From Plasmodiophora brassicae (Eukaryota), in NCBI GenBank assembly GCA_036867785.1, contig CP145411.1, positions 1,612,001-1,676,000 on the forward strand: 64,000 bases of DNA. The letters run 5' to 3'. Below the pieces are notes generated by a model. It was given only the letters and a program-made list of their open reading frames with translations, searched no databases and was not told where the DNA came from. Positions 22,196 to 34,337 of this stretch are shown piece after piece; the first letter of the stretch is position 1; each line of letters begins with the position of its first letter. The translations under genes and the position numbers were made by a program.

Positions 22196-22947
22196 AAATA
22201 AATGCTGTCAGTGTGCCCCGTACCTGTGCCCCTGCTTCTGGACCGAATCGATCTCGGTCAGTACGTTTAAGTTCCGTACTCGATGTCGTCGCCGCATGGG
22301 GCCGCCAGCGGTGCCGCCAACATGAACGCGCTAGAAACAATGGATTGGAGTTCGGCGCATCCTCGCACAGGCCTTGCAGATACACTCCATCGGGTTACAC
22401 GAGTTCGCCAACGTATTCCCGGCGCTGCTCTTAGCATGCAGTAGGTACCTTGGCGAAACATTGCGGTTGCCTCCCTTTCACTAGCAGTTGTTCTTCTACT
22501 TGGGCCCTTTCAAGGCCTGTGTACGTCGTTCAGAGTCAACGTGGGCAGGCTCGACCCTCAAATATAATGCACAGGTCTTATCGCCGTCGTCTATGCTCTG
22601 GGAAAAGCACTCGCTTTCGTACCGGACAAGCCTGCACAAGGACTGGCGCCTACTTCCACCCCGGCGCCCACCACCTTGTGCCGCCCTGCTGGACACAGCA
22701 ACGGCGGCCCCAGAATCGCCACCCTCTCGCAAGCACGTTGACAACAACAATGAAGCCAACCAATGCAGTCCGAGAGTCCCGAATTTCCTTCAGACGTGCT
22801 CAAATGAACTTTGGCCTATTTTCGCAGAAAGCGACGTGACAGTGGAAAACGCTGCCGCTAGCTGTCGAAAACGTGGGAAGGCGTATACCCATATTGCGAC
22901 GAACATGAGTCACAGTCGGAGCTGCACAGCCGCGTGCCATTTCGTTA

Positions 22948-24312
22948 ATGGGGCGGCTGCGTGAGGAACGGACGTCCAGAAGAGGGAGGCGGGCGTGGAC
23001 GTTCACGTCGGTTCGCGATGGGATACGCGAGTCGTCACGCGCCCAGCACGTCCTGCTATGCGGCCTAGAGATGACGCTGGCGATTCCGCTCGGTCTGCTG
23101 CCGCCGACCTTCCCTATGGTTGCCCGATCGCGTGGCGTGAGCGCCAAAGATGTTGGGATGGTGATGGGTGCACACCCTCTGATCGTCCTGCTGATGGCAC
23201 CGTTCGCCGCACGTCTCATTGGACGGTTTGGCCCCAAACCCGTTATCGTGGGTGGGGTGCTGCTGACGGCACTGGCGTTGTTCCTGTTGTCATTCGCTGA
23301 AGCGTTTAAGGGCCAAGCGTTTCTCTCGTACTGCATCTTCGTGCGCGTTCTACAGGGAAGCGCGGTCGCAGCAACGAGCACGGGCACATCGACACACCTG
23401 TCGGATGTGTTCCTAGATCCCGTCCGTATGTCGGTTGTCTCCAGCCACATTTCCGTATGTGTCTCGATCGGATACCTGCTCGGGCCAACGATCGCCGGAG
23501 TAACCATCGAGTTCGGCGGGTTCCCATTGCCATGTCGAGGTAAGTTATCAATCCGTGTCAGCCATGCAGTAGATCTGATACGCTGCATGATAGTTGTCGC
23601 ATGCGTTGCGATGGTGGCGGGGGCTTTAGCGTCCGTTGTGCTAAAAAATTGGCGGTCGAATCTGACGAACGCTGTCCGTCCCGTCCCGGTTCGTAACAAA
23701 CACGTCATCGAAGTACCTGGCGTCCTGTCCCGACTTGTTGCCTACTGCACAGCATTCACCGTGTTCGGGGCGATCGATACGGGTTTGGAACCGGAGCTTG
23801 TAGGCCGTCATCATCTATCCCCTGCTGGCGTTGGGGCATTCTTTGCTCTCTTATCAGCAAGCTACGCGTGCGGTGCATTGGCTGTGGGCCGCGGGATGCG
23901 AACACGCCGCTGGCAGTACTTGATCATGGGTGGACTCTGCCTTGTTGCTGTCTCCCTCGGTACTGCTGGTGTGGCCCCGGTCGTAATCGGGGAGGTCTTC
24001 GGCAAGTACGTGCAGATGCTCGCGTTGATGATCGTCTACTCGTCTTCTACTTTGATCGTCACGCCAATGTCAAGCGAACTTTCAATGCTGACCTCGCGTG
24101 CATTTGGCCACCAGGCTAGGGATACCCTGGCAGGCCTTATGGTCTCCGTCTCCAGCCTCGGCGAGATCATCGGCCCCAACCTAGGCGGACAACTTCTCGC
24201 CAGGTCCGACTTCGGCACGGCGATGCTCGCAATGGGCATTCTCGTTGCGTTTGTTGCTGTACTCTTCTCCCGAGGGACCCCGCGAACATTAGAGCCGCGG
24301 AAACAGGAATGA
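22948..24312 (+). CDS. MFS transporter (SLC18B1-like)
   Basis: About 12 hydrophobic segments; LIGRFGPKPV motif A, VRVLQG, GYLLGPTIAG, LGEIIGPNLGG. Probable in-frame intron near 23540-23592. Confidence 0.85.
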   Translation: MGRLREERTSRRGRRAWTFTSVRDGIRESSRAQHVLLCGLEMTLAIPLGLLPPTFPMVARSRGVSAKDVGMVMGAHPLIVLLMAPFAARLIGRFGPKPVIVGGVLLTALALFLLSFAEAFKGQAFLSYCIFVRVLQGSAVAATSTGTSTHLSDVFLDPVRMSVVSSHISVCVSIGYLLGPTIAGVTIEFGGFPLPCRGKLSIRVSHAVDLIRCMIVVACVAMVAGALASVVLKNWRSNLTNAVRPVPVRNKHVIEVPGVLSRLVAYCTAFTVFGAIDTGLEPELVGRHHLSPAGVGAFFALLSASYACGALAVGRGMRTRRWQYLIMGGLCLVAVSLGTAGVAPVVIGEVFGKYVQMLALMIVYSSSTLIVTPMSSELSMLTSRAFGHQARDTLAGLMVSVSSLGEIIGPNLGGQLLARSDFGTAMLAMGILVAFVAVLFSRGTPRTLEPRKQE

Positions 24313-24339
24313 ATTCGGACAATGTTTATCACATCATAT

Positions 24340-26478
24340 TCATTCGTCATCGAGGCGGGGCTCACGAGATTCACGCTCGAGTTCGCGTTCAGCTTCGCGA
24401 GCACGGCGCTCATCTTCGCGCCGGTATCGAGCGGCCTCGGCCTGCATGGCCTTGATCTCGTCAGGACCCAAGCGACCTGCGTCGTGCTGGATCTCGACGT
24501 TCGACCTGGCGCCCGTCACTTTGTCGCTAGCCGTAACCGTCAGCAAACCGTTCGCGTTCAGGTCGAAGCAGACATCGATCTTCGCCTCGCCCTTCTTCGC
24601 GCGCTCGATGCCAGTGATCGTGAACTGGCCCAGCAGGTGGTTCCCGTCCGTGATGACACGTTCACCTTCAAAGATACGCACGTCGACGCTGGTCTGAAAG
24701 TCCTCGACGGTCGTGAACTCGTGCGACTTCTTGCATGGAATCGCCGTGTTCCTCGGGACGACAACGGCGAACTGCTTGCCTTCGCATTCAATACCGAGCG
24801 ACATGGGCACAACGTCGACCAGCAGCAGTGAATCCGTCTTCACGTTCCGAACACCACTCAAAATCGCGCCCTGGACACTGGCGCCAATCGCGACGGCCTC
24901 ATCTGGGTTGACAGACTTGCAGAGTGTCTTGCCGTCGAAAAAGTCGCTGAGGATCTGCTGGACACGTGGGATACGAGTCGACCCACCAACGAGGACGACT
25001 TCGTCGACTTCGTTCTTGGCACACTTGGCATCGGCCAGGACGCGCTTGACAGACACCATGCAGCGCGCGAACGTCTCATCACACAGCTCGTTGAGCTTGT
25101 CACGCGTCAACTGAACCGACGCTTCGCCATCGTCGTCAAGGGCGACCTCGACGAATGTCGACTTGACAGACGACAACTCGCGCTTCGCGGTCTCACAAGC
25201 GGAACGCAACTTGCGAAGCAGGCGCTCGTTGCCCTTGAAGATGTCCTTGCCATCACGTTGCTTGGAGATCTCGTTCCGGACCCAGTTGCAGATCGCCGTG
25301 TCGAAGTCTTCGCCACCGAGGTGCGTGTCACCGGCCGTCGCACGAACCTCGAACACGCCGTTGTCGATTCGCAGCAACGACACGTCAAACGTACCACCGC
25401 CCAGATCGAAGACAAGAACGTTCGTCGCTGGTGGTTCCGTTCCATCGTCTTCATCATCGCCAACCATGCTGTTCTTCGCCTTAATGTCAAGACCATACGC
25501 CAAAGCCGCAGCCGTGGGCTCATTGATGATTCGGAGAACGTCAAGGCCGGCAATTGCGCCAGCGTCCTTCGTCAGGCGACGCTGGATGTCGTTGAAGTAG
25601 GCGGGAACCGTGATGACCGCCTTGGTGATGCTGCGTCCGAGAGCCGCTTCAGCGCAACGTTTCATCTCCTCCAGGACCATCGCCGAAATCTGTTCCGGAA
25701 GATACGACTTACCGCCAACAGTGATGAGGGGGGCCCCGTTCGCTGGATGCTCGGTGACCTTGAACGGCATCAGCTTGATTTCCTCAAGGCATTCCGAGTA
25801 CTTCCTGCCGATGATACGCTTGATGTTGAACAGCGTGTTCGTCGCGTTGTTGGCAGCCTGGCGCTTGGCAGCGTCGCCGACAAGTCTTCGGCCGTCGTCC
25901 GTGAACGCAACCCAAGACGGCGTCGTCCGATCGCCGCTCGTGCTAGTCAAAACACGAGCCTTGCCGTTCTCCCATATGGCAACACAGGAGAACGTCGTGC
26001 CCAGATCAATGCCGATAACGGGTTCGTTCAGCAGTGCACGCTTCTCGAGAGCAGCAGCGACTTTGTTCAGGCCATCAGTCAGCGCGTCGTTAGCGCGATC
26101 ATGGGTAAGGCCTTGCTCGAACGCAGCCTTGGCCTCCTCGAGCTTGTCCTGCTTGAACAGGGCGAATCCAAGACGGCTGTACGCTTTCGACCACGTCGCA
26201 TCCAGCTTGATCGCCATGTTGGCATCCTTTACCGCATCCTCGTACTTCTCCAGGCAAGCGAACGCCGCACTCCTGTTCGAATAGAACACCTTGTCATCCG
26301 GGTCGGCGTGGATCGCGGTCGAGAACTCCCGGATGGCCTTTCGGTAATCCCCAGCAGAGAACGCAGCATTGCCCCGCGCCTTGGCAGCAGCAGCGAACGG
26401 CTTAGCCAACGCCGTTCCGGGTGCTGGCACACCCTGCAGGTTCAGGCCCTCCATCGACTCGTGCAGCGTCTTGCTCAT
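24340..26478 (-). CDS. TPR-Hsp70 fusion protein with truncated lid and no EEVD, intronless, 712 aa
   Basis: Three Hop/STI1-type TPRs, then GIDLGTTFS, TVPAYFND, RIINEPTAAA, FDLGGGTFDVS, LVGGSTRIP, linker LLLVDV and SBD-beta; ends EPRLDDE. Confidence 0.92.
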   Translation of the reverse strand: MSKTLHESMEGLNLQGVPAPGTALAKPFAAAAKARGNAAFSAGDYRKAIREFSTAIHADPDDKVFYSNRSAAFACLEKYEDAVKDANMAIKLDATWSKAYSRLGFALFKQDKLEEAKAAFEQGLTHDRANDALTDGLNKVAAALEKRALLNEPVIGIDLGTTFSCVAIWENGKARVLTSTSGDRTTPSWVAFTDDGRRLVGDAAKRQAANNATNTLFNIKRIIGRKYSECLEEIKLMPFKVTEHPANGAPLITVGGKSYLPEQISAMVLEEMKRCAEAALGRSITKAVITVPAYFNDIQRRLTKDAGAIAGLDVLRIINEPTAAALAYGLDIKAKNSMVGDDEDDGTEPPATNVLVFDLGGGTFDVSLLRIDNGVFEVRATAGDTHLGGEDFDTAICNWVRNEISKQRDGKDIFKGNERLLRKLRSACETAKRELSSVKSTFVEVALDDDGEASVQLTRDKLNELCDETFARCMVSVKRVLADAKCAKNEVDEVVLVGGSTRIPRVQQILSDFFDGKTLCKSVNPDEAVAIGASVQGAILSGVRNVKTDSLLLVDVVPMSLGIECEGKQFAVVVPRNTAIPCKKSHEFTTVEDFQTSVDVRIFEGERVITDGNHLLGQFTITGIERAKKGEAKIDVCFDLNANGLLTVTASDKVTGARSNVEIQHDAGRLGPDEIKAMQAEAARYRREDERRAREAERELERESREPRLDDE

Positions 26479-26847
26479 GGTGATCAGATTTCAGCCCCCG
26501 GGTTTGACGAACGGCGTTGAATTGGTTGTGCCTTGCCGCTGTCTCCAGGAACTCCGTACGGAGTCCGTACGGACCGCGCAGGGCAGGTCTCGAAGTCCGC
26601 GGGCAGGGCCTGGCGAGACCAGCACGTGTGAAAGCAAACCCAGATATGTGTTGACACTTTGAGGGGAGATCAGCTTTCAGACGATGCCAGAATTCGACGG
26701 TGCCCTCAATTGCGCTTGGTCCAGCTATGACTGCAACTAGTAGTGACGTCGAATTGGCAGTCACACAAGCTCGATCAGCAGCTGGGTTTGCAGATGGAAA
26801 AGTTTCACTATCTCAGCTGTCCGCGACCTTTTCAACTAAGATGGTTC

Positions 26848-27423
26848 TTATTGAAAGATGACTTCACGCCCGCTTATGCGACAGGCTCTCGGATTGAACC
26901 CGAACGCAGTAATGAATGAGTTCTTGGGAACCTCGCTGGCTTTGCATTCGACGACGGCCCAGATCCGGTAGAGGTCCTGAAAGTTATTGCTGTCGTCGTC
27001 ATTGTCGTGCATGTCCATCGACATCTGCTGCACGACACACAGCAGGTCCATGGCATCTTCAAGTGGCAACGATTCCACCCATTCCTGCTCCAAGATCGTG
27101 TCGGCGTCCGTCCTAACGGTCGGGAATCGACCACGAAGGCCACTACCGTCCTCGGTCGTGAACTGGCGATAGTCAAGCAGGGCTGATACGTTTTGCTCCA
27201 AAGCGCAGTGAACAGCGGCCAACTTGCTGGCGAACGGCATCAGCACCTTGCCGTTCAAGATATCCTGCCGTGCCAAGCGCTGCTGTCCAATCCCGTTTCG
27301 TGGCACGTTCTCGATTGGGATCACGACATCAGTGACCCAGAACAGGGTGTGTTCTCTGATGGGTTCCAGCATGAGAGGCCACAACTCGCGTGGCAGATCC
27401 CTGATCGTGGCCGGTTTCGACAT
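26848..27423 (-). CDS. Hypothetical protein with an F-box-like N-terminus
   Basis: Protein-like ORF; TIRDLPRELWPLML resembles the start of an F-box. Confidence 0.5.
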   Translation of the reverse strand: MSKPATIRDLPRELWPLMLEPIREHTLFWVTDVVIPIENVPRNGIGQQRLARQDILNGKVLMPFASKLAAVHCALEQNVSALLDYRQFTTEDGSGLRGRFPTVRTDADTILEQEWVESLPLEDAMDLLCVVQQMSMDMHDNDDDSNNFQDLYRIWAVVECKASEVPKNSFITAFGFNPRACRISGREVIFQ

Positions 27424-27534
27424 GCTGTGCGCGCTACACGACTGAACCTCCAGGTCGCAGCCGACCGAATTCGAACCCTCGGAACGTGACGTCACGCGCT
27501 CGAATGAAACAATGGCGAACGGGCGTGTATTCCG

Positions 27535-29425
27535 TCACAGTCTCTGACGTTTCGTGTCCGAGAACGCCAGCTTCGTCCACGTCGTCCCTGGCGTTAATCG
27601 CGACTCTGCCTTCGTCTTACGAGGGGACGGGGTGCACGGGCGGGAATATACGGGATTCGGCTGCGATAGCGAGTGCTCGCGAAGCAGGCGCGACATGGCT
27701 TCCCTGGCGCAGGCCACGTTCTCGTCCGTCGCGTCACGAACGAACACGCGCAGGACGCATTCGCTGAACATGCCCGGGATCATCATCGACACGTGCGAGT
27801 CACACAACGGGAACGCGACCATCGGGTTGTGCGACTCGTAGAACCGAACGTTGCCAACCGGGTTCCTGTCCTTCATTGCATAGTTCCTGGGCGGCACCAC
27901 ACCGTTGCTGTTAATTCCAAAGTACGATGGACAACCGTGTTAACGGACATGTGGAACTTCTGAATGATGATGCCCTCGGGACGAAGCTTCCCTCCTGCTG
28001 GCTGCCTGGTCGAGATGTCGGCGGCAGTGACATCGCCGATCCGTTCGCCATCTGCACAGCTCATCACGACCTGCAAGACATGTCAACAGTTGCCAAACGA
28101 ACGCAAACAGGGAATGATTCCGAACCTCTCCAACCATCTTGTACAAGTTCCTGGTTCGTACGTCCTTGAGGATCTTCCGGCTACGAGCCAGCGCGCTGTC
28201 GCTGCTTCGCTCGATCTGCTGGACGATCGAGTCGGTCATGTACAGGAACCGGTCCGGGTCGTTGATCGACGACGATATGCCCAGATGCGAATCGGCGGCG
28301 ATGAACGCGTCCGTGATCATGTACTCGATCGACTTCGACACTTTGTGCTGGTAGACTGAGCGGAACTGTCAGATACGTCGTGAACGCCAAAGTTGCAATC
28401 TTTACCAGTCTTATGCAGAGAATACCGGGTATGAAACAGTTGATAGATGTTGACTGCGAGAACGGGTAAGCGGCGAGCGGAGACCCGCGTGAGTGACAGT
28501 CTCCTACAGGCATGCTTCGCAGGGTAACAGATCTCGTCGTCAATGACACGCGCCATGTGGATCAGCCGGTTTGCATCGTACGACGCCTTCAGGCCCATGC
28601 AGTGCGAATCGCGCTGAAGGTAGTCTGCCGGGCAGGAACGGTTACGGCAACGTTTTCAAACCGAGAACTGCCGCAGGGCGTACCGAACTTGTCGACGTCG
28701 ATGGAGTTCTTGCTGTTCGAAACAATGTCATACAGGAACTTGTGTTCGGTCCGGGTGCTAAAACGCAGATACCCATTCAACTTATGCGATGGTTAGCAGG
28801 CGCAGGACGTTACGGTGCGTTGTGCGTCGGGTCGATGAGCTCGCTGATGAACCGAATCTCGTCACGCTCGACGTCGATGTGGTTGTCGTCGACCATGCGC
28901 TCCAGCATCATAATCGAGCCCTGCTCGTGTGTCCAGGTGCTGTCGGGCAACGTCGTATCCTGGAGCCCGACGCGGTCAACTTGCACGATGAGACGGGCGC
29001 AGACGAACAACGCAACCGACAATGAATGTATCGAACGCGTGGCTGAACGGCCCGTGGCCGAGATCGTGGCACAGCCCGGCCATCTTGACGAGCAATTTCT
29101 CCCGCGAACCGAGCCCGAGGTGCGGCTGCAATCGGTCGATGTTGTCGAGCAGGAGGCCGGCGAGGTGCGCCGTCCCAATCGAATGCTCGAAACGCCGATG
29201 CGACGCGCCCGGAAACACGTAATACGACGTGCCCATCTGCGACAGGTCACGAAGACGCTGGAACTGCAGCGTATCGATCATGTCGACCAGCTCGGGATCG
29301 ACATCAATCAGGCCTGGCGCAAATGCCTCAGAACAGGTGCACCGAAGGTGAGGCAGGGCGCGAGACCGACCATGGATCGCATCCATGATCTGCTTCGGAT
29401 ACCTGGACTTGTCCAGCGCCGACAT
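27535..29425 (-). CDS. SAMHD1: SAMHD1-like HD-domain dNTP triphosphohydrolase, multi-exon
   Basis: IMDAIHG, FQRLRDLSQMG, VFPGASHRRFEHSIG, AGLCHDLGHGPFSH, WTHEQGS, FLYDIVSNSKNSIDVDKF, LFHTRYSLHK. Confidence 0.92.
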
Positions 29426-29759
29426 GTTGCCGTGCTTACCGACAGTCGCCGACCGGGCCGCCCCTGCCCTGCCCGTTCAGGTCGGACTCCGCAGTCCGCA
29501 CGCAGCGTCCCCGATATTTTTGTTACGGAAGCGACGGACACTGTTGCGCAAGAACTGCAACACGAACGACGGTCGACGACCTCGTAATTTGGCGCTCTCG
29601 ACGCTAATGTAGAGCATGAACATCTGCAGGGACCTTGAGAAGTACGTCTGCAATCGTAGGATCGGGGGCGTCGTTCCGCCTGTCGCTGCGTCGTCACTCG
29701 CACCCCTGGCACCTGCCGTCCCAGTTGCCTCATTGGCACTCGATGTCCCAGTTGCCCCA

Positions 29760-30235
29760 TTGGCTCCTCCTTGAGCACCTGCTCTGTGTTCCCAGAAATG
29801 ACGTCAGCGCGCGGGACGATTACAGGATGACGCCGCTGCACAGGTCCTCCCTGACGAATCAGCATCACGTTGTCAAGCGCCTGCTGAACGCCTCGCTGAT
29901 CGTCGTCGTTGGCCGCAACCTGCAGTGCAGGACGCCATTGCACTGAGTCTCGTACGACCAGCGTGATGACGTTGTCGAACCGCTACTGCAATGCACGTGG
30001 GGCGGGTCCAGTGCTGGCCGCGCCCGGGGCCCCTTTGACTCGACTGCTCAACTGGGTTCGCAGAGCGCGCTGTTCAAGGTCCAGTACTCTTGACATGGTA
30101 CTTGGTGTCATGTCAATACAGGGCCACCGTTCAAGACATCTTTGGGTTGTTGATACGCCAACGTCCCGGTCAGGCTAGCACCAATCGAAAGTGGACGACC
30201 CCACTGCAATATGCCTCGAAGAGGGGTCCCGAAGG
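29760..30235 (+). pseudogene. Degraded ankyrin-repeat gene fragments
   Basis: DVSARDDYRMTPLH, RNLQCRTPLH followed by a stop, KWTTPLQYA, spread across broken frames. Confidence 0.55.
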
Positions 30236-30319
30236 TTCCGCCCTAAAACCGAAACGAAATTGTATTGCACAGTAGGCCCGTCTACTCGGGCGAATCGCAT
30301 AAGACAAACAAACCTGCCC

Positions 30320-31733
30320 TTAGCCGACGACGATGCCATACGTCATCGTCCCGAGGATGGTCAACATCAAGGTCGTGGTGCCCGGCAACGTGCTGGCCGA
30401 AGACGACGTTGCAAAGGCACCAGTTGCCTGGATGCTCTTTGCTGTTGTTGCCCTGGCATCCGTTGGCGCCGGCGCGCTCGTTGCCCGCGTGATCGGTACC
30501 CGCATGGTCTTCGCTTTGGGGCGTGTGGCCCGGACAGTGCCTGCCGGCCTGGTCGGTGCCCGCGTGCTCTTTGCCTTGACGGGTGTCGTCTTGAAGGTTG
30601 TGGCCCGCTTGGTCGATGCCCGCGTGCTCTTCGCCTTGACGGATGCCGCCCTAACGCGTGCGGTCGTGGGGCGCCGGGCGCTCACTGCCCGGGTGCTTCC
30701 CGTGCGCTGGAAGATGTTCAGGGCGTTCACGGCGAAGTACGCCTCGGCGAACCGGGCCGGGTTGTTCCTGACAAAGGTCGCACAGTCGGGCGCCTGCTGG
30801 ACGCAGCCGGAGCTGGCCCAGATCGACGGGTCGCCCGCATAGTTGCCGCAGAACGTCAGGTCGAACACGATCTGCATGTTGGCGAACCGGGTCGGCGAGC
30901 ACGTCCTGCCGAACGTCAGGTTGGCCATCGGGATCGGCCATAGGTCCGGCCTGGGCGCGTTGCCGACGATGTCGTCCGGGATGGCGCCCCGCGGGAAGAA
31001 CCAGGTGACGATGCCGGCGGCATCCCACAGCGTCGCGTACACACCGCCGCCGTTGGCGTTGAAGTCGGCGCCGTACGCCCCGGGCGTGTACGCCAGGTTG
31101 GCGCAGCCGGTGGCGCCGGTGCCCACCAGGCAATCCTGGCCGGCGCTGACGGCCGTCTGCCGCCTGGCGCTGGGCTGCGTGCACTTGGACCCCGTCCAGT
31201 ACGTCAGCTCGTTCCACGTGTTGTTGTGCACGCCCTCGATCACATCGACTTCGCCTGCGGGCGGGGGTGGGCACGCGTCAGGCGCGCGTCGCGGGCGGGG
31301 GTAGGACGGACGCACCCGAGCTGGGCCAGTTGGGCCCCAGGAACCAGTACGCGGGCCAGGTGCCGCACCCGACCGGCATGTGCGCCAGGTCGAGCAGGAA
31401 CAGGCCGCCGTTGAACCGCTGCTTCGACTGCAGGCGGATGGAGCGACGCCCGCGGGCGCTGCCGCCCACCACGTTCGTGCTGTCCGCTCGCAGCTGCTGA
31501 GCGTTGTTCACGATCGGCACCAGGTTCTGCAGCGACGCCGTCGCCCCGTCGACGTAGTCGACGAACCCGTTCGTCGGGTCGTCGTCCGTGTCGAAGTCGA
31601 ACTGGTCCAGGAACGTCGACGGCGTCCACGCCGCCGTCCGCGTATACGACGACGACGAGCGCACCGGCGCGATCAGGGCGACGACGACGAGGCACAGGCG
31701 GCGCGACGTGATCCACGACGGCATGGTGGCCAC
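30320..31733 (-). CDS. Secreted GH16 endo-1,3(4)-beta-glucanase with Thr/Ala/Lys-rich tail and hydrophobic C-terminus
   Basis: Signal peptide; DDDPTNGFVDYVD, HMPVGCGTWPAYW, catalytic GEVDVIEG (ExDxxE) after one intron, FNANGGGVYA, FDLTFCGNYAG. Confidence 0.92.
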
Positions 31734-32590
31734 GATAACCGGCCCGGTCGACAGATTCGTTCGAGAGGCGATCGGGGAATATCCCCCGAGCGGGACGCCT
31801 GCTGATCCTTGCGCCTGCTGCGGTGGAGGTGGAGCTGGCCCCCGACGTCACAGGGCATCTCGCTGTGCACGGCAAGTGGCGATCTGTACGTGGTGGGGCG
31901 GTCCCAGCGATTACGCATTCATTTCAATGAATCCGCGCGTACGGCCGAATGGCACCGTTGTTATTCATTTCGCCATTTGAAGTATTAGGCACAGCGATGA
32001 CGCCGGGGCTGCTGGGGCCGTCGAAAACTTGCCACTTGCGATGATGAACGTGGCATCACCGGCAAATGATCACGGGAACCAGGCCGTGCCGTGCTCCCAG
32101 CATTAATGTGCGGTCGTATGGGTCTGGGGCGTGCCAATTAGACGGAGCGATGTCCAGGGATCCGCCTATTGGTCTATTGTTTCCCACACAGAGGAGTTCC
32201 TGTGGCCAGAGCGACCGTACCAATTGCATCGGGTGGCGGGTTCCGCAACCCTCAACAATGAGAGAACTTGGCGACCCTGGTGGGATCCGAACGCTCTGCC
32301 ATAATAATGGTAAACGACTAATACGGATGCGATCGTAGACAGCGTAAACGTCAACCACATTAAGCTGTGATGGACGGCACCAAAGATCCGGCAAAAGTCC
32401 CAAGCAGCGACACGCAATGCTGATCCGTACCGGACCCGGCAGTGGCTGCTGTCTGCCTTAGCGACTCCGACGGTGGGCTCCCACGGCACGCCGCATCCGA
32501 CAGGTCCGCAACTGGTCCTGCGTACCGGTTGGGCTCGCGGATTGCGGTAGACACATCTCGGTCCGTCTCCGGCACACGTGTGTCGGCGTT

Positions 32591-34165
32591 ATGTCGGCGC
32601 CGGGCGACTTCCCTGGCACAGAGCTGGCCAATGTTTGCGTCGCAGCGTCCGAGACGGTGCAGACGGTGGCCGTCACGACGGCGACAGGTGGTGTTAGTGT
32701 TGAAATCGAGTTGACAGAAAGGTGGTTGTCGGCATCGTACTTCCTCAGCCGCGCGATGTCGGTCCCGGTCATGCGGCAGGCGTATGGCCGCACGCAGGCT
32801 CCAATCCAGGAGGACTGGTGGGAGCTCTTTTTCGACCTGATCTTCATCGGGGTCGCCGACATGCTAGGTTCCGCTGTCGATCTGGCTCTGAAAGAACCAA
32901 CACCCGGGAGAACCTTCTTCACAATCCAGACGACGTTCGTGTTCGCGTTGATGTGGTTCGACTTTACCTTGTGTAGGGTGGCTGGAACTGAAATCCGCCG
33001 CTGGTCCCATTGACGATTGTCCCAGATTTCAACCGATTCATGGTCAAGAACGACCTTTACACAACGGGCGCGCTGTTCCTACATTCGCTGTCAGTCGTAC
33101 TAATGGCTGTGTGGATCGAAGAACTTCGCCATGGCCTCAAATACGAGTTTTGCCTGTTTGCTGCTGTATCCGAATTCAGCATGATCCTCATCCACTTGCC
33201 GATGAGCATCCGGGGGTCGCCTCAACAGTACGTGACCAGCGTTTGCAGTCTATACAGGGCGGTCTCTCTAAACGGGTTTGTGCAATAGGAAGCGATTCGC
33301 ACGGTCCCGTATTGTGCTCTTTGCGATCAGCGTTTGCCTGTGGGCCATTAATGCTGTACAGCCAGTACGCCTCGGCCAAATGATTGTCACCAGCGTCATC
33401 ATCATCTACAGCTTCGCCGTTCTGTTCCTCGTAACCGGCCCCGGGTTCCAAGCGCACCCGTTTCGGTTCTGCTTGCCGCACAATGCCTTTCACCTGGTAT
33501 GTGCCTGCGGAAATCGTCGTGCCCTTCATGCTGACCGTTTAGGCAGTGCGATCGAAGCTATGTCCTGGTGCTGATCTTCCTCGGTGACATGGTTGTCAAG
33601 CTGATCCGGCCCCCACCAATCATACCGACCACGCCCCAAATGGTCGCACTGTCACTAGGTTTCCTCTTATGCCTGACCATTAAGCAACTAGGTATGGCTC
33701 TGGTGTACATATACCCTCGAACGACGCTTATCTGCGGCAGGTCATGATTGTGCCCCACGAACTCTGGACGAGAACGCTCTGTACGGGTCGAAGTTGAGAG
33801 GCATCGCATTTATATGCTTGCACATGTTCCTGCCGTTCACCCTTCTCAGTCTCGGGATCGGGTTCAATGATGGGTTGCTGATTGCCGAATCCAGCACTAC
33901 TCCCAAGCACATCATCATCGTCCTGACGACATCATACGTTACCGTCATCGCCATCCTCATCGCCATGCGATGCCTCCACCAGTTCCAGCGGCGCTCTGCC
34001 GTCGTCTGGGCGTTCCGAATCGTTCTGATCGCCGCCATGGCCGCCACGCTTCTCACCGTCGGCGAGCGCCTCCCCGTACTGGCCGTCCTCGGCATCGTGT
34101 CCGCTACAGGAACCATCCTAGCCGTTTCCGACCAGCTTGGCTTCGATCTGCCCAGCCACCGCTAA
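32591..34165 (+). CDS. LtrA-like (low temperature requirement A) membrane protein, paralog 1, multi-exon
   Basis: WWELFFDLIF signature, MWFDFTL/FNRF and many TM segments. Confidence 0.75.
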
Positions 34166-34337
34166 CAATATTGTCACATGTTAGCCGTATAAACATCTCC
34201 GTCCCTTCGTGAAGGGCAACGGCAGAACTTGGGCACGCGTCCACCATGACGTGCGACAGTGTTGTTGCGACGCGGCCTGTACCTGTCGTCGTTACGACTA
34301 GCGCCCTGTTATTGTTGCAGGAGGTCCGTTAAATCGT

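Noticed and set aside
25258-26520. Long antisense ORFs opposite Hsp70 (also opposite NOP56, GH16 and the MFS genes)
   Set aside because: Expected shadow ORFs of GC-rich coding sequence; no protein motifs.
32056-32489. Small minus-strand ORFs between GH16 and LtrA
   Set aside because: No recognisable motif or consistent gene model; left uncalled.
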